Source: Eledone cirrhosa (taxonomy: Eukaryota). From it: DNA of 64,000 nt. How positions within the stretch are numbered: the first letter of the stretch is position 1; every line of letters starts with the position of its first letter. Of this stretch, positions 12,480 to 26,795 are shown one piece after another. Location: the NCBI GenBank assembly GCA_964016885.1, contig OZ024744.1, positions 73,408,001 through 73,472,000 of the forward strand, read 5' to 3'. A model generated the notes under the pieces. It did not search any database. It was not told the DNA's origin and worked only from the letters and a program-made list of their open reading frames with translations. The position numbers and the translations under genes are program-made.

Positions 12480-15400
12480 AAGGCGCCCTCAATAAGGAGG
12501 AGGCAATAACAAAATATAAAAATATAAAAATATAAAATGTAACAAAAATAAATTGAAAAACAAAATTCTCAATAGAGAGGAGGCGCCTTGGGGGAGGGGG
12601 AGTCGCACGCACCCCCGAAAAAGTGTGCAACCCTTCTCCTCAGGAGCACAGAGAGAGGGTGCTCCCTTGATCTTTCATCTTTCTCACCTACATACTGATG
12701 TAGAGTGAAGGCCCATTCACACGGGCCATTCTGGCCACTTTCACCCATCTTTCATAAAAACGGCTGGGGTGCAGCACCTCTCTCTCCATCCTGATCCTTC
12801 TTCCGAAATGATATCGGAAGAAACGGACGAGTTGTTGGCCAGAGAGAAAGGTGTCTGAGCTCAGTCCTTTCAGACGCGCCCACCATACAACCTCTTTCAC
12901 CATAGCTATTACGCACAGAATCACCGCCTCTCCTTCATTTTTGAAGAGGGGAGGCGGCTTGATCGTTACAATAGACTCGATGGTCAACCGCATCGGTCCC
13001 ACCCGTGACAGAAGTCGTTCGACATAGCCCCACAGATCGGCAATGCCCGAGCAGTGTACCAATACGTGTGCAACGGTTTCCTCGTCGCACACGCATCCGG
13101 GACAGATCTTTTTCGAGGGGTCCCTACCCGGGCGCCCGTGTCTGTAGAGCTTTTCTCAAACGGGCAGAGCCCCTCGGTAGCACTGCCAGGCCAGGGACCT
13201 CTGGAAGTTATCCTGAATGTCCTACCGAACAGGTTGGCCAGTTCGTTTTCCTCGATGCCTAGGGCTTCTACGAGGGCGTCGTCGCACCTGCTAACCACCA
13301 GCCCTCTATAGAATGACGAGGTGGATTCTCCACTGACAGCCTGGTCCGCCTGCCAGAGACCCGTGAGCGCCTGGACACACTCGGTGTGCCAGGCGCCCAG
13401 TTTTCTAGGTCTTTGCTTGACCCAGGACTGCAGCTCGGTGAGCGAGACGAGTCTGGGAAAGGCTCGCCTCACAAACAGGGCCCACACCGGTTGACCGGTG
13501 AGGAATACTTGGAGGTGCCATAGCCGTAATGCGTGTTTACGCACCATCAGCTACGGCATCCCCAGCCCTCCTTTCGAAGGGTGTTGACAGCATATGGATC
13601 TCTTCACCATAGGAGCCCGCTTCTTCCAAAGGAATTGGAAGAGTGCGCGCTCCATTTGGCGAGCGTTTCCCTTGGGCAAGGCACGACGGTCAGGCGGTAG
13701 TAGATGACGGACGCTTTATAAGTGTTCGCCACCTCCGCCCGACCTTTCAGGGACAGTTTGCACTCAGCCCACTTCTGGGTCAGTGCAAACACCCTGTTCG
13801 TTACCTCACCCAAGTTCTTCTCCACATGGAGGCTGGAGGTCTGGTCCGAACCAGACCCCGAGCAACTTCACCGGGCCCTCCGTCCAGCGCCCGACGACGC
13901 CATCGGAGGGAATCGATTTGCTCCTCCACGTGCCGAGTTGCAAACCGATCGACTTGTCCCGGTTCAGCTTAGCCCCTGTAAACCTTTCGTACTCCTCCAG
14001 TAAGGTGCCGATCCCCCCTATTACCGTGGCCGTCGACACCATTACTGTTACGTCATCGGCTTTCCGCAATCCCGGTTCCAACGGGATGCGCTGCAACAAA
14101 TCCAACTTCCGCAGCAGTGGCTCTAGAGTCATTACATACAGAAGGCAGGAGAGAGGGCACCCTTGTCGGATGGACCACGCGATTTCGAACGGCTCCGAGA
14201 GGTAGCCGTTCACCTTGACTCTAGAGCAGATACGGCTGCAGTGCATGGCAGTGATCCAGCCCCTGAAAACGGGTCCGAAGCCTGCCGCCGCTAGCACCGC
14301 AACCAGGTAACCATGGTCGACCCTATCGAACGCCCTAGATTGATACAAGGGATCAGGGCTCCACCAAAGCCGGTTTCGTTCCCAACCCTCTCTATGATGT
14401 ATCGCATGAGGTGGAGGTTTTTGTGGATGGACCTGGACGGGATAGCACATGTCTGCGTATCTCCCACCAGGTTGCCCACGACAAGCGCCAACCTCTTTGC
14501 TAGCACCTTGGCCAAAATCTGTAACTCTGTATTTAGCAGAGTTATAGGCCTGAAATTACTTATGTCGTCCCCCTTGTTCTCGTCCTTCCTCACTAGCGTG
14601 ACTACGCCCTTGGTCACAGCACAGGGAATTCTCCCGTTCTGTTGCCAGTTGCAGTAGACCACCTCGAGGAGATCGAGGAACAAGTCCGGCATAGCTAGAT
14701 ATAGTTCGTATGGAAGAACATCGAGACCCGGGGATTCGCGTTTACCGCATTGGCTCAGCACGTTCTCTATCTCAGCGGCTAAAATCGGTTCCTCGCAGAA
14801 ATTCGCCTCCTTGTCCGAGAGACGCGGCAGGCCGTCGAGGTATGGACCGAAGTCCACTTCTCCAACCGGCTACCCGCCCCTTCCGAACAATCTGGCAAAG
14901 TGCTTTTGAAAAGCCTCGCACATCTGCTTAGGTTCAAGGATCAACCGTCCATCCTGGTCTCGCAAAGAACGGATAGTGGATCTAATCCCTCTTTTGGCTT
15001 CTGTCACGCGAGCCCAGCTAACAGCTTTGGTCCCCTCGTTTCCATGAGAACGTTTTTTGCTTCAGACGATGCAGCCTTCGTGTTTCGCGTCGAAGAACTG
15101 GCCCAGGGCCGTTCTTGACGCTAGCACTCTGGCCACGTCGCCGCTTCTAATTGCCTCTTCTACACTGTCTACCGACACCCTTTCCTTCCTATTTCTATTT
15201 GAGGCTAACTCCTTACTAAATTCTATAGAGACTACTCTAATCTCTCTTTTGAGAGATCCCTACCACCTGCTGTTGACGATGGCGCCCGTCAACCGCTCCT
15301 TAACTAAAGTGCCAATCCGGTCCCTGTAAGCTCTACTTGCCGGTAAGGACAAGTTGAGCTTCCAGTAACCGGGTCCTAGTCTATGCGTTCTGTCAAGGTT

Positions 15401-15850
15401 GACCATGCAGGTCACTAACTTGTAGTCTGAATAGCCAACCATGAGCATTTCTGCACAACTTAAAAAGTCCTTATCCTTATTTCTAACTAAGAACCTATCT
15501 AGGTACGACCTAGATGATCCGCTGCGTTTTGCCCAAGTCCAGGTTGGCGCAATCGGAAAATCTAGTCGATATCTATCAGACAGGTCAAATCGGCACATTA
15601 ACCCTTTGAGGCTGTTACATCCCTCTCTATTGGGACAGGCTCCTACGTAGTCCCAACGTGCATCTAGGATACCATTCCAGTCCCACACTAATAGCAAGGA
15701 ACAGGACGTCCCTAGAAAAGTCTCCAGACGATGGAAGAAGTCCGGCCGCGTTGACCCCGAAAGGGCCGTAGACGGCTACCAGCCTAAATACTCCTCCTTC
15801 ACCACTGCCAAGGTCCAGAACCACTAGTCGACCTCCGGGTCGAAATGTAC
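12480..15850 (-). mobile_element. Decayed non-LTR retrotransposon, L1/Tx1-like (APE endonuclease, RT, C-terminal Cys/His motif)
   Basis: Frameshifted fragments: endonuclease (VAVYGP, DWN, TW..SRSYLDRFLV, GPGYWKLN), RT (SPGLD.LPYE, NFRPITLLN, AFDRVDH, QGCPLS, ADDVT) and CDEETVAHVLVHC. Confidence 0.9.
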
Positions 15851-15989
15851 CGTCTGTGTTGCGACAGTTAGATAGATAGATATGTTTCTTTATTAGCCAC
15901 AGGGGCACAAAAGAAGGGGACAAATACAAAGAGGGAACTTTACATACAATAAAATCGTCTAAAATACTATCACAAATGCAATTTAAAAA

Positions 15990-16530
15990 TTAATCGATTT
16001 TCTCCAATAGGGGGAGACATTACATATGGGTAACACATACCCCCGAAAAAAATGTGCAACCCTCATCTCCAGGAGTACGAAGAGTGAGTACTCCCTTCCT
16101 CTCTTCCGCTTTTTCCTCAAGGTACAGGCTGATATAGAGAGAAGGCCCATTCACTCGGGCCATTCTCGCCACTTTCACCCACCTTTCATAAAACTTGCTG
16201 GGGTACAGCACCTCTCTCTCCATCCTGATTCTTCTTCTAAAGTGGTATTTAAAAAAAAAGAATCAGTTGTTGGCCGGAGAGAAAGGTGTCTGACCTTAGC
16301 CCTTTCAACCTTGTCCACCATACAACCTCTTTCGCCAGAGCTATCACACAAAGGAAAACCGCTTCTCCTTCGTTTTTGAAGGAGGGTGGCGGTTTGATCA
16401 TGACAATGGACTCGGTGGTCAACCGGATTGGTTCCACTCGCGACAATAGTCGTTCTACATAGCCCCACAGATCAGTAACGCCCGGGCAGTGTATGAATGC
16501 GTGCGCAACGGTTTCTTCGTCTCGCACGAA
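15990..16530 (-). mobile_element. 3' fragment of the same L1/Tx1-like LINE family
   Basis: DEETVAHAFIHC..LWGYVERLLSR..YERWVKVARMARVNGPSLYISL, homologous to 12600-13092. Confidence 0.85.
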
Positions 16531-16538
16531 TCTCGGAC

Positions 16539-16571
<33 letters not shown>

Positions 16572-16793
16572 TCTTTATTTGTCACAAGGGCGTACAAGAA
16601 ATGGGACATTACAGGACGTGACGGCGGGGTTTTTACATAAAAATCATATAGATGGATAGATATGTAGAAGTAGAGAGAAAGGGGGATTTTGGCCGTGAAA
16701 GAGAAAAGGAACATAAACCATACATGGAAGAGATAAAAGGACTTTGTTATCGTTGTACTTTGAATAGGAGAACATATTTACACACACACACAC

Positions 16794-16836
<43 letters not shown>

Positions 16837-16893
16837 TGTGTGTAAATACATACAATTATATATATATGGGTGTGTATGCATATACATTTACCT

Positions 16894-16932
<39 letters not shown>

Positions 16933-16936
<4 letters not shown>

Positions 16937-17381
16937 ATTTCCGTTGGAAAGGTGAAGGAAATGAGAGTGCTCTATGTAGGCTACAGAGCTTTTTAGTTAT
17001 GTAATAAGCAACATATGATAATTATTTAATTTACCAAACGTGTCACGAAGACAGACGTCTGCCTTCAATTGTCAGAATGAATTTTGTTTAAAATGGAAGT
17101 GAGATATGGATTTCAAAACAGAGTCTATTTTCCACTTCACATTATGTCCGTTATTTTATTTCAGCCTCACTTTCAATTTGACCCCCTCAGCCCAACGTGC
17201 AGCAGAACCTGGGTCAGTCGCAAACTACACCAGGTTGCGGCTACGGAAGGTGCCGGTGCAAGTGGCATCCCTGATAAAATTCATTCTGACGCTTGAAGCA
17301 GACATCTGTGCCAAGCTCGTCTGTCTTCGTGAAACCTTTGGTAAATGAAATAATTATCTTATTTTGTTTATTACATAACTA
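16933..17381. mobile_element. Palindromic element in (TA)n with a decayed hammerhead in each arm
   Basis: ~16995-17086 is inverted to ~17276-17381. Right arm: tcatt-CTGACGC..-GAAA-cctttgg-TA-aatga (17281-17348). Left arm (minus): CTGACAA..GACA. Extra tail on the left (16933-16994). Confidence 0.7.
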
Positions 17382-17421
17382 TATATATATATATAGTATA
17401 TATATATAGTATATATATATA

Positions 17422-17473
<52 letters not shown>

Positions 17474-17728
17474 TATATATATATATATAGTATATATATA
17501 GTATATATATTTTAATAAATATTTGCTCTACGGTTCTTATATATTTGATATATATTTATCCTTATCGAGCCCTCTTTGGATTTTAGTCTTCAAATTTATT
17601 ATTATTACTAGTATATATATATGTAGTATATATATATAGAATATATATATATAGTATCTATATATGTAGTATATATATATAGTATCTCTCTCTATATATA
17701 TAGTATATATATATATAGTATATATATA

Positions 17729-17775
<47 letters not shown>

Positions 17776-17805
17776 TATAGTATATATATATATAGTATAT
17801 ATATA

Positions 17806-17920
<115 letters not shown>

Positions 17921-17945
17921 CATATATATATACATATATATATAC

Positions 17946-18018
<73 letters not shown>

Positions 18019-18052
18019 ATATATATACATATATATATACATATATATATAC

Positions 18053-18109
<57 letters not shown>

Positions 18110-18309
18110 NNNNNNNNNNNNNNNNNNNNNNNNNNNNNNNNNNNNNNNNNNNNNNNNNNNNNNNNNNNNNNNNNNNNNNNNNNNNNNNNNNNNNNNNNNN
18201 NNNNNNNNNNNNNNNNNNNNNNNNNNNNNNNNNNNNNNNNNNNNNNNNNNNNNNNNNNNNNNNNNNNNNNNNNNNNNNNNNNNNNNNNNNNNNNNNNNNN
18301 NNNNNNNNN
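18110..18309. other. Assembly gap (200 N)
   Basis: Run of N inside a (TA)n array. Confidence 0.99.
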
Positions 18310-18343
18310 CATATATATATATATACATATATATATACATATC

Positions 18344-18455
<112 letters not shown>

Positions 18456-18481
18456 CATAATATATATATATACATATATAT

Positions 18482-18533
<52 letters not shown>

Positions 18534-18543
18534 CATATATATT

Positions 18544-18625
<82 letters not shown>

Positions 18626-18647
18626 CATATCTATATATATAATATAC

Positions 18648-18710
<63 letters not shown>

Positions 18711-18711
18711 C

Positions 18712-18806
<95 letters not shown>

Positions 18807-18819
18807 CATATATATATAC

Positions 18820-18896
<77 letters not shown>

Positions 18897-18897
18897 C

Positions 18898-18958
<61 letters not shown>

Positions 18959-18962
18959 TATA

Positions 18963-18994
<32 letters not shown>

Positions 18995-19015
18995 CATATA
19001 TATATATACATATAC

Positions 19016-19127
<112 letters not shown>

Positions 19128-19757
19128 CATATATATATATATATGACTGAATGAAAATAGAGAAATTAATGTGAGCAATATATAAGTGACTATAACTTCA
19201 AGATGGAAAATATTTAACGTAAGATATGGGGAAATAGTTCAATCTCAATTAAAAAAAAAAGTCAAGACAGAAATTTTATCCTCAGATTTGTGAAATCCAG
19301 GGAAAAAACCAATTGAGTCTTAACTCAGAATAAAATTAAGGTTAAATACTTATCCTTCAATTTGGAAAAATCTACAAATGCTCTATATAGTTTTAAAAAT
19401 ACTATTTCACGAAACTTTTCAGTGGGGTTGGTCACGGTTGGAGTCGTTCATCAGTAGAGCCCAAACACGATAATCAAAATCACTGTTAAAATATGCCAGA
19501 AAGGGAATTTAAAATCAGGCTAGTACACCTCGTGTGGAATTAAGAAAATAAACACCGCATGGAGAACAGGGGTAGTGACGTCAGAATGAGACGAATGTCT
19601 GTTTACAAGAAACAGCAGTCAAAACATTCCGAAAAAACTCAACAAAATATATGGAGTTCAGTATAAAGCAATATTATCGCGGATTTTTAAAAAAGACCGG
19701 GATGAGTCACAAATAATTTTAAGAACTCTATGAAAAATTCAAGTATAAATATATATA

Positions 19758-19862
<105 letters not shown>

Positions 19863-19940
19863 TATATATATATAATATTTAATATATATATATATATATA
19901 TATAATATTTAATATATATATATATATATATAATATATAT

Positions 19941-19972
<32 letters not shown>

Positions 19973-19975
19973 ATA

Positions 19976-20019
<44 letters not shown>

Positions 20020-20123
20020 TATATATATATAATATTTAATATATATTTAATATTTAATATATTATATATATTATATATATATATAATATATATATATATA
20101 TAATATTTAATATATATTTAATA

Positions 20124-20171
<48 letters not shown>

Positions 20172-20217
20172 TATATATATATAATATATATATATATAAT
20201 ATATATATATATAATAT

Positions 20218-20301
<84 letters not shown>

Positions 20302-20806
20302 TATATAATATATATATATATAATATATATATATATATATAATATATATATAAATTATATATATATATAATATATATATATATATAATATATATATATAT
20401 AATATATATATATATATAATATATTTATATATAATATATATATATATATATATAATATATATATATATAATATATATATATATATAATATATATATATAT
20501 AATATATATTTATAATATATATATATATATATATAATATATATAATATATATATATATAATATATATATATATGTAATATATATATATATATATAATATA
20601 TATATATATATAATATATATAATATTTATATATATATATATATAATATAAATATATATAATATATATAATATATATATATAATATAATATATATATATAA
20701 TATATATATATAATATAATATATATATATATATATAATATATATATATTTATATATATATATTATATATATAATATATATATATAATATATATATATATA
20801 TAATAT

Positions 20807-20855
<49 letters not shown>

Positions 20856-20883
20856 TAATATATATATATAATATATATATATT

Positions 20884-20942
<59 letters not shown>

Positions 20943-21096
20943 ATATATTATATATATATATATATTATATATATATATATTATATATATATATATTATAT
21001 ATATATATATTATATATATATATATATTATATATATATATATTATATATATATATTATATATATATATATTATATATATATATTATATATATATAT

Positions 21097-21143
<47 letters not shown>

Positions 21144-21147
21144 ATAT

Positions 21148-21219
<72 letters not shown>

Positions 21220-21222
<3 letters not shown>

Positions 21223-21340
21223 GAAGGCGTGTGGCTGAGTGGTTAGAGTATTGGATTCACAATCGTGAGGTTTTGAGTTCGATTCCTGAACCAGGCGATG
21301 CGTTATGTCCTTGAGTAAGACACTTTATTTCACGTTGCTC
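21220..21340 (+). mobile_element. tRNA-derived SINE, second family (MetaSINE-like core), truncated
   Basis: A box TGGCTGAGTGGT, B box GAGTTCGATTCC, core tgtccttgagtaagacactt. A longer relative lies at 55141-55460. Confidence 0.75.
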
Positions 21341-21629
21341 CTTCTACCTGGAGTTGCGACCGATAGATAGTATTAGCAATTGGAAAGACCAACGGAAACA
21401 TAGTTTCCTCGGTCCGATTTGACGAAAGTCGATCGACTAGAATATATATATATAATATATATATATATATAATATATATATAATATATATATATATAATA
21501 TATATATATATAATATATATATATATAATATATAATATATATATAATATATATATATATAATATATATATATATATATAGTATATATATATATATATATA
21601 TACATATATATAATATATATATATAATAT

Positions 21630-21699
<70 letters not shown>

Positions 21700-21926
21700 T
21701 ATATATATATATAGTATATATATAGTATATATATATATCGTATATATATAGTATATATATATAGTATACTATATATACATATAGTATATATATAGTATAT
21801 ATATAGTATAGATATATATATCGTATATATATAGTATATATCACGATAAATTAACGTCGTTATTCCACGTGTAGCTGGACAGTCAATTGTAAAATTCTCT
21901 TAGTGTTGTCTGAAATGTATAGCCTT

Positions 21927-22007
21927 ACACACGCTGATGAACCGAGACTAGACCATTTCTTTCAACAAATTTTTTGGTGAAACATATCTTTGGATTTGTA
22001 CGTGTGT
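21927..22007 (+). ncRNA. Canonical type I hammerhead ribozyme
   Basis: acacacg-CTGATGA-accgaga..tttttggt-GAAA-catatc-tttg-gatttg-TA-cgtgtgt. 7-bp stem I, full core, stem III hairpin, GUA triplet (21998-22000). Confidence 0.85.
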
Positions 22008-22262
22008 TATATAGTTATAGAGGTATTTATTTACGCTTTAATTTATATTTTTAATTATCGTGTCTATAGTCTGCCTTTCATAGGTTATAGATTCCATACA
22101 CTGGTGGTATTTTCCCTGTATTATTGATAACGCACCATATCTCTCTCTCTGGTGTGTTACCTTCTCAACATATTATATATAGTATATATATATTTTGTCT
22201 ACTCGATAAAGATAAATATATATCAAATATATAAGAACCGTAGAGCAAATATTTATTTAGAT

Positions 22263-22298
<36 letters not shown>

Positions 22299-22304
<6 letters not shown>

Positions 22305-25300
22305 ATATTTGGGGAGGGTCATATTTGCGTAATATTGCCAGAATTAATAACAGAACACACTCACTGTTTGGTTGGTTTTCGCTTCTCGCTGTCTTTTATA
22401 TATATATATCTGCGATCTAACTTACTCGGTCCTCAATGTTGCCATTGACTGACCGGCGGTCAAAAATAATACAGATACAATATAGACACAAACACATATA
22501 TATAGTTTACATAATTTACATAAATCTTTCGTTGCACATCTGCAATATCGTCAGTGGTGTTATATTCATTGTTCCTGCTGTTGTGTTGTATGTCTACGCC
22601 ATTTTTTTTTTTTTTTTTTTTGTTCAGTCTGTCTATATATTTATTTATTTATTTGCTTGTTTGTTTATCGTATTTTATTTTGTCTTCTTTGCGCATGCGT
22701 TTGCGTGTGTGTATAGTGTTATGTGTGATGTGTGACTAGTGTGTATAGTGTTGTGTCTGCTGGGTGACTAGTGTGTGTTTATGTGCTTGTGTATGTATTT
22801 ATTTATCTTATTTTATTTAATTTTATTTACTTATTTATACTTCTCTTAGGTCAGTGTTGTTTGCTTGGGTGTTGTTGTTGTTCCACTCATTCTTTCTGTT
22901 TAGCTTTGGTCTTCTAATTTCTATTTCACTGGCCTCTCTGATTTGCCTATATGCTGGGTCATTCCTATGTTTAGATATTATTCTAATTTCTATGTTGTCT
23001 ATGTTACCGTCATGTTGTTGTCTAGCATGTTCGTATAGTACTGACCCGTTTTTTCGTCCTTTTAGTTCCCCCCAGTGTTGGTCTATCCTTTCACCTATGC
23101 TACGAGCTGTCTCACCTATGTATGTTGTTGTCATGTTTCTGCAAGTACCCTCTGTACATCTTATGCTATAGACTACGTTTCTAGTTTTACAGTTTATCCG
23201 GGGGTTCACCTTACGTATGATACACTTACTATTGGTACAGTGGGTTTTCTTAAAGGGGTAGGTTTTGCTGATCAGGGATTTTATGGTGGTTCCTGGCTTT
23301 TCTACCACCTTTATTTTTAAGTGGGTCTTTCTCAGGGCCTTTCTACACTGGTTAGCTAATTTCCCTCCAGGGGTGGCATCCACAAACATGACACTCTGAT
23401 ATCTCTGGTTGTCGTACCATGATGTGGCCTTCCCTATCTTATGTCTAGCCCTATCTAAGCTATTCCATGATTTGCTCCTGTATAGTGGGAAAATTCCTTT
23501 CATGTCCAGTTCTATGAGGGTCTTATACTTTTCCATGGCTCCTTCGTATACTCTGACTCTGTCTCTTTGGTTGTAGCCAGAGAACTGCATGCGGTTGATG
23601 AAGTGTTGGATGTGTCCTTCCATTTCTGTTGGGTCGCAAATGCCGGACACATTCTTCATCACTCGTACCAAATCTGCCATCAGAATATTAAACTTAGCAC
23701 TACTGGACATTGCTGAGTTTTTGAGTATCAGGTATTTGGAGGCCATGGGTTTAGCATAGTGTGAGTGGAGAATTTGGGCTCTCTCGTCTATAGTGTTAAT
23801 CCAGAGTTCTGTGTCTAATACAGGTAGTCTATTGTTAGGGTGTTTGGAAGGGAAGTCTATAGTTACAGTTATACTCTGGTGTATGGAATTAGCTATCTGC
23901 TGGATGCTTTCCATCGTGCTACGTTCTAAATCAAACTTGTTAGTGCTCTCTAGTGGGGGTGTTCTTATAACTATATTGATATCGTCTACATAACGAGAGT
24001 ACATGATGAGGTCTATGGAGCTTTCATTAAGGAGATCTTTAAGTCTCCTTTCCCACCATACCATGAAAAGGTTGGCAACATCACCAGCTATGCTGACGCC
24101 GATGGCTGCTCCCTCATTTTGGGTGTAGATTTTCTCATTGAACTTAAATATGTGACCCTTTAGGGTAGTTTTGATACTAGCCCCTATTGCATGTGCGACC
24201 ATTTTTCTTACCTGATCAGTGTTTTGGGGGGTCCGTATGGCTTTGGTCCACCCAATCCACCTTCCTATGGGAGTCTTTTTAGCCATTGAGGTTATGGTGG
24301 TGGGTCTACCTCTTATAGGTCTACTAGGGCAGAAACATCTAAGGTCATGGCTGTCTAGGTAGTCAGTGTCGTAGGTAAGTCTAAGTAGGAGGCCCAGTTC
24401 GTCTGTGTCGACGTCGCAGAACTCCACCTCACTCTCAATGATCATCTCCACACATCTTTTCACAGCAAAATCAATGTTAATGGATGGGTACAGTGACACC
24501 ACATCCATGCTGCCTATTATGCAGTTGGATAGGCTCCTGTTTTTGTTGCACTCACTGATTCTGCTGAGGAGGTCCTCTGTACTTTCACATACATCTGGGG
24601 ACATCTTGATTATGGGGCGTATAACCATTGAGAGGAAGTAGGAGATCCTGTAGTTGCTAGCTATATTAGCTCCGCATACGGGTCTTGTTGGTGGTCCTGT
24701 TGTCGGGTCGTCGACTGTCTTGTGGTCTTTGCGGAGCCCATACAAGGGTGGTATGCCATTGTTAGACGCCTGGAAGTTGTTGGCAGTGCGTCTGCTTGGC
24801 TTTAGGATGTCAGTCCACATCATCATGTGAGCGTTGAGGATTTTTTCTCTCCCATCGTGTGTTAGTTGTGCAACTTCGCTCGTGTTGGTGATGTGGGGTT
24901 GCATTGCCTCGATGTAGTTCGGCATGCTATCTATTGACATCCTACCAGACTTATCTGTGGGTAGACACACTACCTCACCATCCCTTGTGCGCTGCTTGAG
25001 GCTAACCAAGCCTTCTACAGGTTTTATCCCAAGTTGTTGGGCCTCTGGTCTGCTCTGTCTCATAGTGTACCTGTCTACTACTTGTCTAATCTTATTTCTA
25101 GCTATGGTGAACTGTGCCTCCGTCTCGTCATCTATTTGCTGTGGTATGCAAACTCTTTTATTAAAGGGTAACCTCGTAGGATAGATATTACCCATCTTAT
25201 ATGTTTTGTCAGCTGGGTTGAAAAATAGTTTCTCTAAGGGGTTGTCGTTATTTCTATCGTCATAGTTGTGTGTGTTGCTATTATTGTTATCATGGTGGTT

Positions 25301-26059
25301 GTTGTTGTTTCTATCATTAGCATTAATATTATTATTGTTATGATTGCTAGATGTATTGTTGTTTACTTCAGCGTTATTGTTGTTGTTGTTACTGCTATTT
25401 CTACCATTGTGGTTGTTACTATTATTATGTTTCTTGTTTTTGTTGATGTTGCTACATGTACTATTTCCATTATTACCACTGTGGTTATTGTTGTTGTTGT
25501 TGTTCGTATTGTTACCGTTATTACTACTGTGGTCACTGTTGCTGTGTCTGTGGTTAACGTTTCTATTATTATTATTATTGTGGTTGTTGTTGTTCCGTCT
25601 ATCGCTAGTATTATTGCCATTATCGCTATTTCTCACTTTCCTGCCATTGTTATGGTTATGGCTGTTATTTCTATACCCAGAGTTATTGTTTATATTACTA
25701 CTACCGTTATTATTGTTGTTGTTGTTGTTTACCTTTGCATTCCAAAGTATTTTTGTGAAACACTTTTTCAGCTCCGTTTTGTATTCCATAGGGTTAATCT
25801 TTTTGTAGATGGCAAATTTTGGTGGTAACTTTAGGATTTGTTGTTCTTGTTCACTGATTAAAGTGTTCCCATAGATATTTACTGTGTGGTCATTGGTAAA
25901 TTCTTCCGGTAGTTTTACATCACTCATACGGATGTTGTCGATGTTATCTGGGTATTAATGTGTTCTGTTATTAATTCTGGCAATATTACGCAAATATGAC
26001 CCTCCCCAAATATAACAATATCTGTTTCGACACACGATTTCATATAAAAAACCTCGCAA

Positions 26060-26062
<3 letters not shown>
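22299..26062 (-). mobile_element. Penelope-like element with an uninterrupted ORF and an inverted 5' terminal segment
   Basis: Terminal repeat 22299-22834, then the ORF. 25959-26020 is an inverted copy of 22299-22360, followed by a ~40-bp tail. (TA)n on both sides. Confidence 0.92.
22835..25927 (-). CDS. PLE polyprotein: Asn-rich N-terminal insert, reverse transcriptase, GIY-YIG endonuclease (1030 aa, probably N-terminally truncated)
   Basis: PTDKSGR, YGLRKDHK, SMDVVSLYPSI, QNEGAAIG, YSRYVDD, LPVLD, CKTRNVVYSIRC..YIGETARS..RIDQH, RQIREA..PKLN. The frame stays open upstream to the inversion junction at ~25955. Confidence 0.93.
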   Translation of the reverse strand: MSDVKLPEEFTNDHTVNIYGNTLISEQEQQILKLPPKFAIYKKINPMEYKTELKKCFTKILWNAKVNNNNNNNNGSSNINNNSGYRNNSHNHNNGRKVRNSDNGNNTSDRRNNNNHNNNNNRNVNHRHSNSDHSSNNGNNTNNNNNNNHSGNNGNSTCSNINKNKKHNNSNNHNGRNSSNNNNNNAEVNNNTSSNHNNNNINANDRNNNNHHDNNNSNTHNYDDRNNDNPLEKLFFNPADKTYKMGNIYPTRLPFNKRVCIPQQIDDETEAQFTIARNKIRQVVDRYTMRQSRPEAQQLGIKPVEGLVSLKQRTRDGEVVCLPTDKSGRMSIDSMPNYIEAMQPHITNTSEVAQLTHDGREKILNAHMMMWTDILKPSRRTANNFQASNNGIPPLYGLRKDHKTVDDPTTGPPTRPVCGANIASNYRISYFLSMVIRPIIKMSPDVCESTEDLLSRISECNKNRSLSNCIIGSMDVVSLYPSINIDFAVKRCVEMIIESEVEFCDVDTDELGLLLRLTYDTDYLDSHDLRCFCPSRPIRGRPTTITSMAKKTPIGRWIGWTKAIRTPQNTDQVRKMVAHAIGASIKTTLKGHIFKFNEKIYTQNEGAAIGVSIAGDVANLFMVWWERRLKDLLNESSIDLIMYSRYVDDINIVIRTPPLESTNKFDLERSTMESIQQIANSIHQSITVTIDFPSKHPNNRLPVLDTELWINTIDERAQILHSHYAKPMASKYLILKNSAMSSSAKFNILMADLVRVMKNVSGICDPTEMEGHIQHFINRMQFSGYNQRDRVRVYEGAMEKYKTLIELDMKGIFPLYRSKSWNSLDRARHKIGKATSWYDNQRYQSVMFVDATPGGKLANQCRKALRKTHLKIKVVEKPGTTIKSLISKTYPFKKTHCTNSKCIIRKVNPRINCKTRNVVYSIRCTEGTCRNMTTTYIGETARSIGERIDQHWGELKGRKNGSVLYEHARQQHDGNIDNIEIRIISKHRNDPAYRQIREASEIEIRRPKLNRKNEWNNNNTQANNTDLREV

Positions 26063-26117
<55 letters not shown>

Positions 26118-26265
26118 ATGTCTCATATAAAATAATACAACTGGCTATCCGCAAAATACGTCTAGTTAGCACTCCAAACGTATAATTGGGACTATACTAA
26201 GGTATATCCTAGAGTGAGACGGAAGTTGGTCGGTGTATTGCTTAAAGCTTTCTCTGTTAGTGTAT

Positions 26266-26316
<51 letters not shown>

Positions 26317-26319
26317 GGG

Positions 26320-26399
<80 letters not shown>

Positions 26400-26432
26400 C
26401 CAGAGGGAGAGAAAGAGAGATATATAAATGTA

Positions 26433-26530
26433 CTAGCTGAGGTACCCAGCTTCGCCAAGGTTAACAAATGATAAGAGAAGACCGGCAGAAGAGAAAACGT
26501 CTGTATTGAATGCATTATCTTGTTTACAGT
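26433..26530 (-). mobile_element. 3' end of a non-autonomous Helitron (same family as 48335-49193)
   Basis: Minus strand ends ..ggcgaagctgggtacctcagCTAG|t, homologous to 48335-48430. Confidence 0.65.
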
Positions 26531-26757
26531 GTGTGTGTATTGTGTATTGTGTGTATGTTTGTGTGTGTTTGTGTATATATATATGTGTGAGTGTGAGTGT
26601 GTGTGTGTGTGTGTGTGTATGTATATATATGTGTGTGTGTGTGCCTGTGTGAGTGTTCGTGTGTGTGCCTGTGTGAGTGTTCGTGTGTGTGCTTGTGTGA
26701 GTGTTCGCGTGTGTTCGTATACGTGTGTGTGTGTGTGTATGTATATATATGTGTGTG

Positions 26758-26795
<38 letters not shown>

